64,000 bases of DNA, taken from the NCBI GenBank assembly GCA_963793305.1, contig CAWBZV010000002.1, positions 320,001 through 384,000 of the forward strand, read 5' to 3'. The stretch comes from an uncultured Gemmatimonadales bacterium. Lineage in GTDB: Bacteria; Gemmatimonadota; Gemmatimonadetes; Gemmatimonadales; Gemmatimonadaceae. Below are positions 9,671-19,546 of the stretch, one piece after another (the stretch's first letter is position 1; each line of letters begins with the position of its first letter). Under the pieces are notes generated by a model. The model ran no database searches. It was given only the letters and a program-made list of their open reading frames with translations, and had not been told where the DNA came from. Both the position numbers and the translations under genes were made by a program.

Positions 9671-11458
9671 ATGCGACGCCTCCTCATGCTGGCGACGATA
9701 CCGGTCGCCGCCCTCGCGCAATCCGCGCCGATCAGTGATGTCCACTATGATGTGACGGTCGACTCGACGACCGTCGCGCACCGGGACATCGATGTCTCGA
9801 TGCAGTTCCGTGTGGGGAGCGACGCGCCGATCGTGCTCTCGTTGCCCGCGTGGAGCCCGGGACATTACGTCCTGTTGTGGTTCGCGCGGCGCGTGTCGCA
9901 CTTCGTGCCGAGTGTGGAAGGGAAGCCACTCGACTGGCGCATGGTCGATTACCAAACGTGGCGCCTGGTCGGAGCGCACGCCGGCCAACGCGTCACGGTT
10001 CGCTTCTCGTACCTCGCCGATACGATCGACCGCGCGGTCGCCTGGACGAAGCCGGACTTTGCGTTCTTCAACGGCACGAACCTGTTCCTGTACCCAAAGG
10101 GGCAGGGGTTCGACTGGCCGGCCACCGTTACCGTCCACACGAGTCCCTCGTGGCACATTGCGACCGGGATGGACCCGGCGCCCGCGCCTCCAACGTTCGG
10201 CGCGAAGAACTATCATGATCTGACCGATATGCCCACTTTTGTCGGCCATTTCGATATCGACAGCACGCTGGCGGCCCCGGGCCACTACGTGCGGTTCGTG
10301 AGCTACCCGGCGGGCCTCGTGGGCCCCACGCGCATGACGCGCATACTCGGTTGGCTGAACAAGCTCGCCCCGGTCGAAGGCGCGGTCTTTCATGACATTC
10401 CTTGGCGCACGTACACGGTGCTGGAGATCGCCGACGCGCATCCCAACGGCGGCGGGCTGGAACATCAGGACTCGCAAACCGACGAGATCGCGCCCGATTG
10501 GCTGGACCTGCCGTTCCTCGCTGGCCTCTACTCCCACGAGATGTTTCATTCGTGGAACGTCAAGCGGCTGCGCCCCGCAGACATGGTGCCGTACCGGTAC
10601 GACGATGCGCAGCCGACGCAATGGCTGTGGGTCTCCGAGGGCATCACCGACTATTACTCGTATCTCGCCAACATGCGGAGCGGGATCTCCGATTCGGCGG
10701 AGTTTCTGGACCGGATCGCGGGAAACATTTCGGGCGTGAGCCAACAGCCGCCCACCGCGCTAGCCGATGCCTCGCTGCAACCGTGGATCGATCCCACCGA
10801 CGGCTCGGCCGGCATCTATTACCCGAAGGGCGCCCTCGCCGGGTTCATGCTCGATCTGATGATCCGCGATGCCAGCGACAACCGGCATTCGCTCGACGAT
10901 GTCATGCGGACGCTCTACGAGACGACGTATAAGAAGGGGAAGGGATTCACGCCCAACGACTGGTGGACCACCGTCAGCCAGGCCGCCGGCGGGCGGTCGT
11001 TCGATGCGGTGAACCGCCGGTTCATCGAAGGCCGAGATCCGTATCCGTGGGACTCCGTGCTCGCGCTCGCGGGTCTCGCGCTCAAGACCGATTCCGCGCG
11101 CGTCGTCATCTTCGGGATCCAAACCGCGCCGGACTCGTTAGGAATACGCGTGACCTACGTCGTCCCGGGTGGCGCCAGCGACCGCGCCGGGATCAAGCAG
11201 GGCGACGTGATCGTGTCATTGGGCGACGTTGTCTTCTCGAAATTCCCGTCGCTCAACGCCGCGCAAGCCGCCCTGCGCGAGCGATTCTCGCAAAACACGC
11301 AAGCCCCATACACCGCGCGCCGCGCCGGGGAAACCGTCACTGGCTCATTCCCCGTCGAGTTCCAGGTGCGCACCAACATGAGTATCGTGCCGGTTCCCGG
11401 TGCCTCAAAGAAGGCCCTCGAGGTTCGGCACGCGCTCTTTGCGGGGGCCACGCCGTAA
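9671..11458 (+). CDS. M61 family glycyl aminopeptidase with PDZ domain
   Basis: Signal peptide, LPAWSPGHY, GGLEH, HEMFHSWNVKRLRP, WVSEGITDYY, IYYPKG, C-terminal PDZ. Confidence 0.93.
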   Translation: MRRLLMLATIPVAALAQSAPISDVHYDVTVDSTTVAHRDIDVSMQFRVGSDAPIVLSLPAWSPGHYVLLWFARRVSHFVPSVEGKPLDWRMVDYQTWRLVGAHAGQRVTVRFSYLADTIDRAVAWTKPDFAFFNGTNLFLYPKGQGFDWPATVTVHTSPSWHIATGMDPAPAPPTFGAKNYHDLTDMPTFVGHFDIDSTLAAPGHYVRFVSYPAGLVGPTRMTRILGWLNKLAPVEGAVFHDIPWRTYTVLEIADAHPNGGGLEHQDSQTDEIAPDWLDLPFLAGLYSHEMFHSWNVKRLRPADMVPYRYDDAQPTQWLWVSEGITDYYSYLANMRSGISDSAEFLDRIAGNISGVSQQPPTALADASLQPWIDPTDGSAGIYYPKGALAGFMLDLMIRDASDNRHSLDDVMRTLYETTYKKGKGFTPNDWWTTVSQAAGGRSFDAVNRRFIEGRDPYPWDSVLALAGLALKTDSARVVIFGIQTAPDSLGIRVTYVVPGGASDRAGIKQGDVIVSLGDVVFSKFPSLNAAQAALRERFSQNTQAPYTARRAGETVTGSFPVEFQVRTNMSIVPVPGASKKALEVRHALFAGATP

Positions 11459-11488
11459 CTGGATCGCGCCCGGGGTCGTCCCCTGGTG

Positions 11489-12551
11489 ATGCGATCTCTC
11501 GTCGCGGCCGCCCTCGTAGCCTGCACCGCGTGCGCACCGGGCGACCGCTCGGTCGTGTTCGCGGCAGCCGCGCCGTGGCACGATCCCGTCGCGCTCGGGA
11601 CGCGCCAGGGGATCCAGCTCGCCGTTGACGAGATCAACGCCGCCGGCGGTCAGCACGTCGCCATCCGCTGGACGGATGACTCGGGCACAGGGACTCACGC
11701 GGCCGTTGTCGCGGAGTCCCTTGTCGCGGACCGCTCGGTCCTAGCCGTGATCGGCCACATCAACTCCGGCGCGCAAGTCGCCGCCGCGCACGTCTACGAT
11801 GGGCGCTTGGTCGCGCTGTCCTCGCAGGCGACGTTCTCCGGATCTCTCCGGGCTGTCGCATTGGATCTATCGCGTGGTGTCCAGCGACGCCGCGAACGGC
11901 GCCGGCCTGGCCCAGTTCGCGGGCACCCTTGGCGCGTCGCGCGCCGCGGTGCTGTACGAGAACGACTCCTATGGTCGTGGACTCGCGGGCGCATTCGAGC
12001 ACGCGTTCAAGGGCACGATCGTGGCGAGCGAACCGATCGCCGCCGCGGCGCCGACGTATGAGCCGTACGTCTCGTACATGCGGTCACTCGGGCCCGACGT
12101 TGTGTTCGTCGCCGGGCTCGAGACCTCCGGCCTCGCGGTGTTGCGCGAAGCCAAGCGGCAACACCTCGCCGTGCCGTTCCTCGGCGGCGATGGATGGACG
12201 GGACTCGCGGACGACGCCGCGGTGGGAGAAGGCGCCTACGTCGGAACGCCGTTCGTGGCCAGCGACACACGGAGCGAGGTCGTGCGATTTGTCCACGCGT
12301 TCGTGACGCGCTACCACGAGCGCCCGGACGAGGACGCCGCGCTCGCCTACGACGCGACGCGTCTGCTCGCGGCCGCCGTCGCCGCACGCGGCGCTGACCG
12401 CCGCGGTATCCGTGCCTATCTCGCGACCCTCACGCAGTCGAAACCGTTCGGCGGAATCACCGGGCCGATCGCGTTCGATTCGCTCGGCGACCCCGCCGGC
12501 CGTCAGTTCATCATGACGCGGATGCACGCGGGGGCGTTCGTGCCCTTCTAG
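11489..12551 (+). CDS. Branched-chain amino acid ABC transporter substrate-binding lipoprotein (LivK-like, frameshift at about 11835)
   Basis: 'GIQLAVDEINAAGG' and 'VLAVIGHINSG', then 'ATSPDL', 'YENDSYGRGL', 'GGDGW', 'AYDAT' after removing one T. Confidence 0.85.
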
Positions 12552-13468
12552 AGGTCGAGCTCCCACGTCTGGGCGACGAGCTTCGGTCCGAAGCGCTCAT
12601 TCGGTTCCTCCTCGACCAGCTCGAACCCTTCGCTCTCGTAGATCCGCCGCGCGGACGTTAGGACGTTGTTCGTCCAGAGGCGAATCTTTTTATACCCGAC
12701 TTGGCGCGCGAATCGAATGCACTCGCGCACGAGGCGTCGGCCCAAGCCCGCGCCGCGCGCGGACGCCTCGACCTGCAGGAGTCGCAGTTGGGCGATGGTC
12801 GGGGAGTGCGACACGAGGAAGACGAAGCCCACGATGTCGCCATCCGGTCGCTCGGCGATCCAGCATTGCTCGCGCGTCGGGTCATACTCTCGCAAGAATT
12901 TGGCGACGATGTCCGCGGCCAACGCCTCTGACAGATCGTTCCATCCGTACTCCTCGGAGTACATTGCGCCATGCCGATGCACGACCCAACCCATGTCACC
13001 GGGGCGCGGGGGGCGCAGAATATAGGTCGGCGCCACGGACTCAAGCGGCGCACCCAATATTTCGGCGATCGTCCGCATCGCCTCGACGAGCCGACGCTGG
13101 TGTGGAACCGGCAAGGCGTCGAGCATGGCGCCGGTCTCGCGCTCCTGCCGTTCCTCGAGTCCGGCGACCTCGGTCTTCCCTCTGCGGGTGAGCTCGAGCA
13201 AGCTCTGTCTGGCGTCTGACGCCGAAGGAATCTTGGCGACGATGCCCGCGTGCTCGAAGCGGCGGATGACCCGGCTCAAGTAGCCGAGATCGAGGCCGAG
13301 GGCTTTGCCGACTTCGGTCGCCGTGGGGCGAGTGCGATGCGCGATCTCGTACAGCACGCGCATCTCGCCGAGGGAGTACGCGCTCCCGAGAAAGGCCTCG
13401 TTGAGGAGGCCGATCTGGCGCGTATACATTCGGTTGAACCGCCGAACGGTCGCGGCGCGCTCCGTCAT
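12548..13468 (-). CDS. Bifunctional MarR-HTH / GNAT acetyltransferase
   Basis: 'VRRFNRMYTRQIGLL', 'LDLGYLSR', 'GDMGWVVHRHG..Y..EYGW', 'AQLRLL.VE..ARG.GLG', 'LWTNNVL..ARRIY'. Start at ATG 13468. Confidence 0.92.
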   Translation of the reverse strand: MTERAATVRRFNRMYTRQIGLLNEAFLGSAYSLGEMRVLYEIAHRTRPTATEVGKALGLDLGYLSRVIRRFEHAGIVAKIPSASDARQSLLELTRRGKTEVAGLEERQERETGAMLDALPVPHQRRLVEAMRTIAEILGAPLESVAPTYILRPPRPGDMGWVVHRHGAMYSEEYGWNDLSEALAADIVAKFLREYDPTREQCWIAERPDGDIVGFVFLVSHSPTIAQLRLLQVEASARGAGLGRRLVRECIRFARQVGYKKIRLWTNNVLTSARRIYESEGFELVEEEPNERFGPKLVAQTWELDL

Positions 13469-15053
13469 GAGACCAATGTCAATTAAATGCTTGCTTTTGT
13501 CAACCATCTGGGCGGCGCCGCTGCGTGCCCAGATCGATACCGCGGGCGTTGATGCGATTTTCGCGCGGTTCTCCGGGCGGAACCCTGGTTGCGCGCTCAA
13601 CCTGATCGCGAACGGGGAGTCGATCTACGAGAAGGGCTACGGGTACGCCTCGCTCGAGCTCGATGTGCCGATCACACCGCGAACCGTGTTCGACCTGGGC
13701 TCCGTCTCGAAGCAATTCACGGCGATGAGCATCCTGCTGCTGGCGCAGGACAACAGACTCACGCTCGATGATGACATCCGGAAGTACGTGCCTGAGCTAC
13801 CGGATCTCGGGCACATCTCGCTGCGGCAGCTCATGCACCACACGAGCGGGTGGCGTGACTACACCGATCTCATGGCGCTCGCCGGTTGGGATGAGCGCGA
13901 CCACACGACGGACCAGGACGCGATCGACATCCTGAAGCGCCAACGCGCGCTCAACTTTCCGCCAGGCTCGACGTTTCGCTACAGCAACACGGGCTATTTC
14001 TTGATGTCGCTGGTCGTCCAGCGCGTCACGGGGAAAACGCTGCGCCAATTCGCCGCCGAGCGAATCTTCGGACCCCTCGGCATGTCCGACACGCAATTTC
14101 TCGACGACACGCGGCAGATCGTGCCGCGGCGCGCGACCGCGTATACGCGCGGCTTTGCCGGTTGGTGGCAGGTCGAGATGTCGAACTGGGATCAGGTGGG
14201 CGATGGGGCCGTGCAGACGACCGTGGAGGATCTCGCGAAGTGGGACGCGAATTTCTATGCGCCGGCTGTGGGGAGTCCGCAGATCGTCGAGGTGATGGCG
14301 ACGCCGGGTCTCGGTCACTACGGATTCGGGCTGTGGCGCGACGAGTATCGCCACGAGCCCGTCGTCTGGCATACGGGGGCGTGGGCTGGGTACCGCGCGG
14401 TGCTCATGCGATTTCCCGCGCGTCACCTGTCGATCATCGCGCTGTGCAATGCCTCCGATGCGCACACGTATAGCCTGGCCACGCGCCTCGCCAATCTCCT
14501 GATTCCCGATACGAGCGCGGTCACCGCGTATCCGCCCGTGCGCGTCCAGGGTGCGACGGGCCTGTACTCGAGCGACGGCGAGGGTGACATCCTCGATGTG
14601 AGCCAGAACGGCGACAGCGTGGTCATCGAGAACGCCGAATCGCGCCACGCGCTCGTGCCATTTGCCAACGGCCGGCTGCGCGATACGACCAATGGTTCGA
14701 CCTACGCGTTCGAGAAAGATCGCGTCATCGTGGAATCCTCTGGCGACGTGCCCGATACGATGCGGCGCGTTCCTCCGTCGGATCACCCGCGCCGACCAGC
14801 GTACGACGGCACATATCGGAGCGACGAGCTCGGACAGGCGTGGACGGTCCACGGGCTGGAAATCCATCGCCCCCGCGGCGAAGATCTCGCGCTTCGATCT
14901 CTCTATCGGGACGGCTTCCTGACACCCGATGGCACGCCCGTGCATTTCCTCCGCGACGCGTCGGGGCAGATCACGGCGCTCAGCATCACGACGAGCGGGG
15001 TCCACGATCTCAGATTCTCACGAGATCATCATGTGGCCGTCAGGACGCCCTAA
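13467..15053 (+). CDS. Serine hydrolase, beta-lactamase/AmpC family
   Basis: SxxK (SVSK), LMHHTSG, FRYSNTGY, HTG motifs and a signal peptide. Start is 13467 or 13476. Confidence 0.9.
   Translation: MRPMSIKCLLLSTIWAAPLRAQIDTAGVDAIFARFSGRNPGCALNLIANGESIYEKGYGYASLELDVPITPRTVFDLGSVSKQFTAMSILLLAQDNRLTLDDDIRKYVPELPDLGHISLRQLMHHTSGWRDYTDLMALAGWDERDHTTDQDAIDILKRQRALNFPPGSTFRYSNTGYFLMSLVVQRVTGKTLRQFAAERIFGPLGMSDTQFLDDTRQIVPRRATAYTRGFAGWWQVEMSNWDQVGDGAVQTTVEDLAKWDANFYAPAVGSPQIVEVMATPGLGHYGFGLWRDEYRHEPVVWHTGAWAGYRAVLMRFPARHLSIIALCNASDAHTYSLATRLANLLIPDTSAVTAYPPVRVQGATGLYSSDGEGDILDVSQNGDSVVIENAESRHALVPFANGRLRDTTNGSTYAFEKDRVIVESSGDVPDTMRRVPPSDHPRRPAYDGTYRSDELGQAWTVHGLEIHRPRGEDLALRSLYRDGFLTPDGTPVHFLRDASGQITALSITTSGVHDLRFSRDHHVAVRTP
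13475..13507 (-). promoter_or_regulatory. sigma70 promoter (TTGACA-17-GACATT) plus imperfect palindromic operator for the MarR-GNAT gene
   Basis: -35 at 13498-13503, -10 at 13475-13480, ATG 6 nt further on. Palindrome ATGCTTG-N7-CAACCAT at 13487-13507 overlaps the -35. Confidence 0.55.
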
Positions 15054-15182
15054 CTCTGGGAGGCGGACTCGGGCGTCGAGTACCAGGACGTCTTCCACGC
15101 CGTCGATATCGCCGTCGGGGCTGGGTGGTGCGGCTGGCGCCATAGGCGCTAAAATGCTAGCACTCATTCCCGGGAGGCGTAG

Positions 15183-16124
15183 ATGCGCGGTCGTGCGTGG
15201 TCGCTGGCGCTCGTATTGTTACCGGCGACGGTGTGGTCCCAGGCTCAACCCAAACGCCTCGCGGCGGTCGACAGCCTGAAGAGTCCGGAAGCGCTCAGCT
15301 ATGACGCGGCCGTGGACGCGTATTTCATTAGCAACATGAACAACCGCGACGGACACGGATTCATCACGCGTGTCCGTGGCAAGGATGGCGTCGTCGACAG
15401 CCTGCATTTCATCACGGGCTTGAACGCCCCGATGGGCTCCCGCATCAAGGGCGACACGCTCTGGCTGGTCGATCTCACGGCCCTCAAGGGTTTCGATGTA
15501 CACTCGGGCGCGCTGCTGGCGACGATCGACCTCTCGTCCGTACAACCGGTATTTCTCAACGACATGGCGATTGGCCCGGACGATGACTTCTACGTGACCG
15601 ACACGGGCTACGACATCAAGAACGACAAGCACACCGGGCCCGACCGTATCTATCACATTGCGCGGAACCGAAAGGTGACCGTAGTACTCGAGACACCGGC
15701 ACTCGACCAGCCCGATGGCATTGACTGGGATCCACGACAGCGGCGGCTGGTGCTGGCGCCGATCGGTGGTGACTCGGTCCAGGAGCTTCGACCGGGCGCG
15801 AAGGCGCCAACGGACATCGCGCCGGGCGCCGGCCGCTACGATGGCATTGAGGTCGAGAAGGACGGCACGATCTTGATCACGAGTTGGAACGATTCGAGCG
15901 TGATGGAGCTACGTGGTGGGGAGGTCGGCGCAGCCGCACTCCAGTCCAACCGACCAGTCGAGCAGCGCGCCAGCGCGGCATTGACGCGCGGCGGAGCCGC
16001 GCTCGTGCGGCGTATCGGCAAGCTCGCCGCACCAGTCGCGGATGTTAGTATGGACGCTCGCCGGCACCAGGTCGGCATCGTCTCTCTCGTCGCTAACCGG
16101 TTCGAGCTCTGGACTCTCCCATGA
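15183..16124 (+). CDS. SMP-30/gluconolactonase-like beta-propeller, exported; carries a 27-aa in-frame repeat insertion
   Basis: SD GGGAGG. 'LKSPE', 'GLNAPMG', 'FLNDMAIGPD..YVTDTG', 'PDGI', 'YDGIE' blades. Confidence 0.85.
   Translation: MRGRAWSLALVLLPATVWSQAQPKRLAAVDSLKSPEALSYDAAVDAYFISNMNNRDGHGFITRVRGKDGVVDSLHFITGLNAPMGSRIKGDTLWLVDLTALKGFDVHSGALLATIDLSSVQPVFLNDMAIGPDDDFYVTDTGYDIKNDKHTGPDRIYHIARNRKVTVVLETPALDQPDGIDWDPRQRRLVLAPIGGDSVQELRPGAKAPTDIAPGAGRYDGIEVEKDGTILITSWNDSSVMELRGGEVGAAALQSNRPVEQRASAALTRGGAALVRRIGKLAAPVADVSMDARRHQVGIVSLVANRFELWTLP
15920..16004 (+). repeat. Structured ~85-bp dispersed element, copy 1 (intragenic, in frame)
   Basis: Shares blocks GGAG.TCGGCGCAGCCG, CCAACCGACC, GTCGAGC, GCAT.GACG and GCGGCGGAGCCGCG.TC, in the same order and near-identical spacing, with 42074-42156. 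Confidence 0.85.
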
Positions 16125-17437
16125 CGAAATATCTTCCTCTTCTTCTCGCGCTGGCCCTCGCCTGCACCAAGCAGCCCGAACAAAAGGCCGCCACGAACGG
16201 ACCTCCGGAGGGGCAATGCCCGGGCGACAACGGCGGCATCACGCTGACCGCGGGCTTTTGCGCGACCGTGTTCGCCGACACGGTTGGCCACGCGCGCGAC
16301 ATTGTCGTCGCGACCAACGGCGACGCGTACGTCAACACGTGGAGCGGCGAATACTATCCGTTGAAGGGGCCACCCGCGGGCGGCTTCCTCATCGCGATGC
16401 GCGACACGAAGCACACGGGCAAGGCCGACTCGATCGTTCGCTTCGGCCCAACGCCGGCGACCAAGGGAACCGGTGGCACCGGCATCGCGCTCTACAAGGG
16501 CTATCTCTACGCGGAAGCAGGACCGACCATCGTGCGCTACAAGTTGCCGGCCGGTCAACTCGTGCCGGACACGACGAGCGCCGAGGTCATCGTCTCCGAC
16601 ATGCCGATCGACGGCGATCATCCGATGCACCCGTTCGTGATCGACACGAGCGGCGCATTGTACACCGACGTCGGGTCAGCGTCGAACTCGTGCCAACTCA
16701 AGAATCGCACGCTGAATTCACCGGGCCACAACCCGTGCACCGAGCTCCAACGTCGCGCGGGCGTGTGGAAGTTCGACGCCAACAAGACAAACCAGCACTT
16801 CTCGCCCGCCGCGCGGTACGTGACCGGTCTCCGCAACGGGGTCGGGATCTCGATCGCACCCGATGGCTCGGTGTGGTCGACACAGCACGGACGCGATCAG
16901 CTCGGCGAGAACTTCCCCAAGCTCTACACGCTCGTGCAGAGCTCGGACTTACCGGCCGAGGAGCTGATGCACCTCACGGCAAACGCCGACTTCGGCTGGC
17001 CGGAGTGCTACTACGATCAGAACCAAAAGAAGCTCGTGCTCGCGCCGGAGTACGGCGGCGACGGCGGCAAAGCGATCGGCGTCTGCGCGAAGAAAATCGC
17101 GCCGGATGTGGCGTTCCCGGGCCACTGGGCGCCGGACGGCCTCGTGTTCTACTCGGGCACGATGTTCCCACCCCATTACCAATCCGGCGCGTTCGTCGCC
17201 TTCCATGGCTCGTGGGATCGGCCGATCGGGGGCCAGCAAGGCTACAAGATCGTGTTCCAGCCGTTCGCGAACGGCACGCCCTCAGCCCCGTACGAGACGT
17301 TCGCGGATGGGTTTGCCGGCGCCATCGTGTCGCCCGACAAGGCCGCTCATCGACCCGTCGGTCTGGCCGTCGCGCCTGATGGAGCGCTCTTTATGACGGA
17401 AGACTGGAATGGCCGCATCTGGCGGGTGACGCACTAG
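16121..17437 (+). CDS. PQQ-dependent sugar/sorbosone dehydrogenase family lipoprotein
   Basis: Lipobox LALAC, 'DVGSASNSCQ', 'GLRNGVG', 'QHGRDQL', 'PAEE', 'FGWPECY', 'HWAP', 'AFHGSW', 'RPVGLAVAPDGAL'. Confidence 0.9.
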   Translation: MTKYLPLLLALALACTKQPEQKAATNGPPEGQCPGDNGGITLTAGFCATVFADTVGHARDIVVATNGDAYVNTWSGEYYPLKGPPAGGFLIAMRDTKHTGKADSIVRFGPTPATKGTGGTGIALYKGYLYAEAGPTIVRYKLPAGQLVPDTTSAEVIVSDMPIDGDHPMHPFVIDTSGALYTDVGSASNSCQLKNRTLNSPGHNPCTELQRRAGVWKFDANKTNQHFSPAARYVTGLRNGVGISIAPDGSVWSTQHGRDQLGENFPKLYTLVQSSDLPAEELMHLTANADFGWPECYYDQNQKKLVLAPEYGGDGGKAIGVCAKKIAPDVAFPGHWAPDGLVFYSGTMFPPHYQSGAFVAFHGSWDRPIGGQQGYKIVFQPFANGTPSAPYETFADGFAGAIVSPDKAAHRPVGLAVAPDGALFMTEDWNGRIWRVTH

Positions 17438-18312
17438 CGATTGCCAAAGGGACGCGCGGGGACGGTGCGCAAGTACGTATACAGCGCACCGATCTCCGTG
17501 TCGCTCATGAGACGAAATTCGCGCCATGGCATGAACGTGTCGATTGGTGTTCCGCCCGGTCGAATTCCCTCGCGAAGGGCACGCGCAAACAGGGAATCGC
17601 TATAGGCGCCCATGCCAGCCGGCGTGAGGTTCGATGCGATCTTCTTGTTCGGTCCCATGTTCGGGATGAGGCCGCCAGAGAGCCCTGAGCCGTGACACCG
17701 CACGCATCCGCCGATGTTCGTCAGATATTGGCCATACTCGATGGTCGCCGCGACCGGCGGCGCCTTCGCTGGGGCGGGCGGGAGATCGGCGGCCAATTCC
17801 GCTGATCGGATCTTGGCGACGCTGAACGCCGTGAGCCCGCGCCCGATGGGCCCGATGGCTGGCGGCGGTATCTCCCGGTCTACGGGCGGCGCAGTGCGAA
17901 TCGCGGCGATCACATCCTCGAGATCATCGTCGGCGATCGTGCCGAAGACGTCCGACGGCATGATCAACAGCGATCGGCCACCCGGCAGATAGCCGTGACG
18001 GATCGCCGCCTCGAAATCGGCATCGCTGAACGTCGGCGCGGCGCCACCTCGGCCAGAGGTAAGATTTGGGGCCCACAGCCGCATGAACGGCATGCCATCG
18101 ATGAACAGCCGGCCGCCATAGTCCGGGCCATGGCAGCCCGTGCACATCATCGACGCGAGATGCTGGCCGTGCGCGATGCGCACCGGGTCAGTCGCCGCGT
18201 GAATCGATGTGGCCGGTGACGTATAGCGATGGCCTAGCACGGCTACGCTACGCGCGTAGATCGCTAGCGCGATGACCGCGATGCTGCCGACAATGATTCC
18301 AACGATTCGCAC
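17434..18312 (-). CDS. Diheme c-type cytochrome
   Basis: Two CxxCH motifs (CTGCH, CVRCH), 'APNLT', 'ASNLTP', 'MPW', N-terminal TM. Confidence 0.9.
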   Translation of the reverse strand: MRIVGIIVGSIAVIALAIYARSVAVLGHRYTSPATSIHAATDPVRIAHGQHLASMMCTGCHGPDYGGRLFIDGMPFMRLWAPNLTSGRGGAAPTFSDADFEAAIRHGYLPGGRSLLIMPSDVFGTIADDDLEDVIAAIRTAPPVDREIPPPAIGPIGRGLTAFSVAKIRSAELAADLPPAPAKAPPVAATIEYGQYLTNIGGCVRCHGSGLSGGLIPNMGPNKKIASNLTPAGMGAYSDSLFARALREGIRPGGTPIDTFMPWREFRLMSDTEIGALYTYLRTVPARPFGNR

Positions 18313-18327
18313 GCGCCTAATATAGCA

Positions 18328-18750
18328 TCACACTTCCAGGCGCTGCCCGAATGGGACGACCTCTCCACGCTCGACATTGCGCTTGAGCAAACGCAGGTAC
18401 ATCGCCCAGCAATAGCAGGAGATGCGATAATGGTCGTTCGACTGCGGCCAACCGGTGTGATGAAAGCGCACGTGCGTATCGCCCTTGGTTTCATCGAGCA
18501 CAAACCCCATCCGCGTGCCAGTCCAATCGGCGTCCGCACGCGTGAGCTCGATCTCGAACTCGCGATCAGCCACTGATCGGGATACCGTCGCCCGCCAATG
18601 GTGGGTTGGCCCGAAGAACAATTCGAGCTCGTCGCCTTGCTTCGACGAGCGTTCCGTCCACCACGTGTCGAGCCCCTCGGGCGTCGAGATGCCGTGAAAG
18701 ACCTGCGCCACGGGCGCGTGAATCACGAAGTGTTGGAAAATGTCCGGCAT
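18328..18750 (-). CDS. SRPBCC / AHSA1-like domain protein
   Basis: MPDIFQHFVIHAP..VF..ISTPEGL..WW, 'DWTGT', 'F.HTGW', 'CWAMYLRLLK'. Confidence 0.88.
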   Translation of the reverse strand: MPDIFQHFVIHAPVAQVFHGISTPEGLDTWWTERSSKQGDELELFFGPTHHWRATVSRSVADREFEIELTRADADWTGTRMGFVLDETKGDTHVRFHHTGWPQSNDHYRISCYCWAMYLRLLKRNVERGEVVPFGQRLEV

Positions 18751-18751
18751 G

Positions 18752-19546
18752 TCAGTCCGCCGAGAAAAGGTTGTCGAGCGCCGGCTGCCACGCGGCCTCG
18801 ATGGCTGCCAGCTTCGTCGCCGGTACGCCCCACGCTTCCAGCCAGAGACCGAGGACGAGCCCATCCGGCTCTGCCTCTATTTGCGCACGCAGGAGCGCGT
18901 TGTTGAGCTGCTCGACGGTTCCCGTGAAATCTTTGGGGTGCTCGGAGATGACGATGGTGCCGCTGAGCACCGTGCCGTCCAGTGCGTCGATCGAGTAGCG
19001 ATCATCGCGTCGTTTCCGCTCGATCCCAGCGAACAAAGTCGCCCATGCGCGCTCGGCCCCGGATGGAATCGGCGTGCGAACCCACGCGACCGCGCGGTCC
19101 TCGCCGCGGTGATGCTCGAGATAGTGGCGAAGGCTTTCAAGCTCGTATCGCCAGCCGCGCTTGACGCCATCAAAGAACTCGTCCCACCGCGCATCCGGAT
19201 CGAACCCATGCGCGACGAGGCGAAGAATCGTGGACGCGCCGTGATCCTCGATCGTGAAATCGTGGATCACGCGCGGCGCGCCGCTCGGTTGCGGCATGCC
19301 CACTTGGAGATGTTGGCCCGGTTTCCATACGAAAATCGAAAGATCATCCATCCCGATGGTGCCCCAGTGCAGCTCGAGTGCGCCGCCGAGGCCCGGCGTC
19401 ACGCTGGCCGTCAGCGGGAACCATTGCTCGAGCTCCGTGGGATCCGTCAACGCCTTCCAGACGGCATCCGGCGGCGCGTCGATCGGGATGACGTATTCAG
19501 CCGTGCGTGGGATGACCCGCGAGGACGAATGAGAAGGAGCGTCCAT
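18752..19546 (-). CDS. SRPBCC domain protein
   Basis: 'IDAPPDAVWKALTDP.EL.QWF', 'T.LRLVAHGF', 'GW...L.SLRHYLE'. Start uncertain because it overlaps the upstream HTH gene. Confidence 0.82.
   Translation of the reverse strand: MDAPSHSSSRVIPRTAEYVIPIDAPPDAVWKALTDPTELEQWFPLTASVTPGLGGALELHWGTIGMDDLSIFVWKPGQHLQVGMPQPSGAPRVIHDFTIEDHGASTILRLVAHGFDPDARWDEFFDGVKRGWRYELESLRHYLEHHRGEDRAVAWVRTPIPSGAERAWATLFAGIERKRRDDRYSIDALDGTVLSGTIVISEHPKDFTGTVEQLNNALLRAQIEAEPDGLVLGLWLEAWGVPATKLAAIEAAWQPALDNLFSAD

Noticed and set aside
15018..15167. Short minus-strand ORF (MSASILAPMAPAAPPSPDGDIDGVEDVLVLDARVRLPELG...) between the serine hydrolase and SMP-30 genes
   Set aside because: No SD, no recognisable motif, and it overlaps the neighbouring gene end. 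Cannot be supported.
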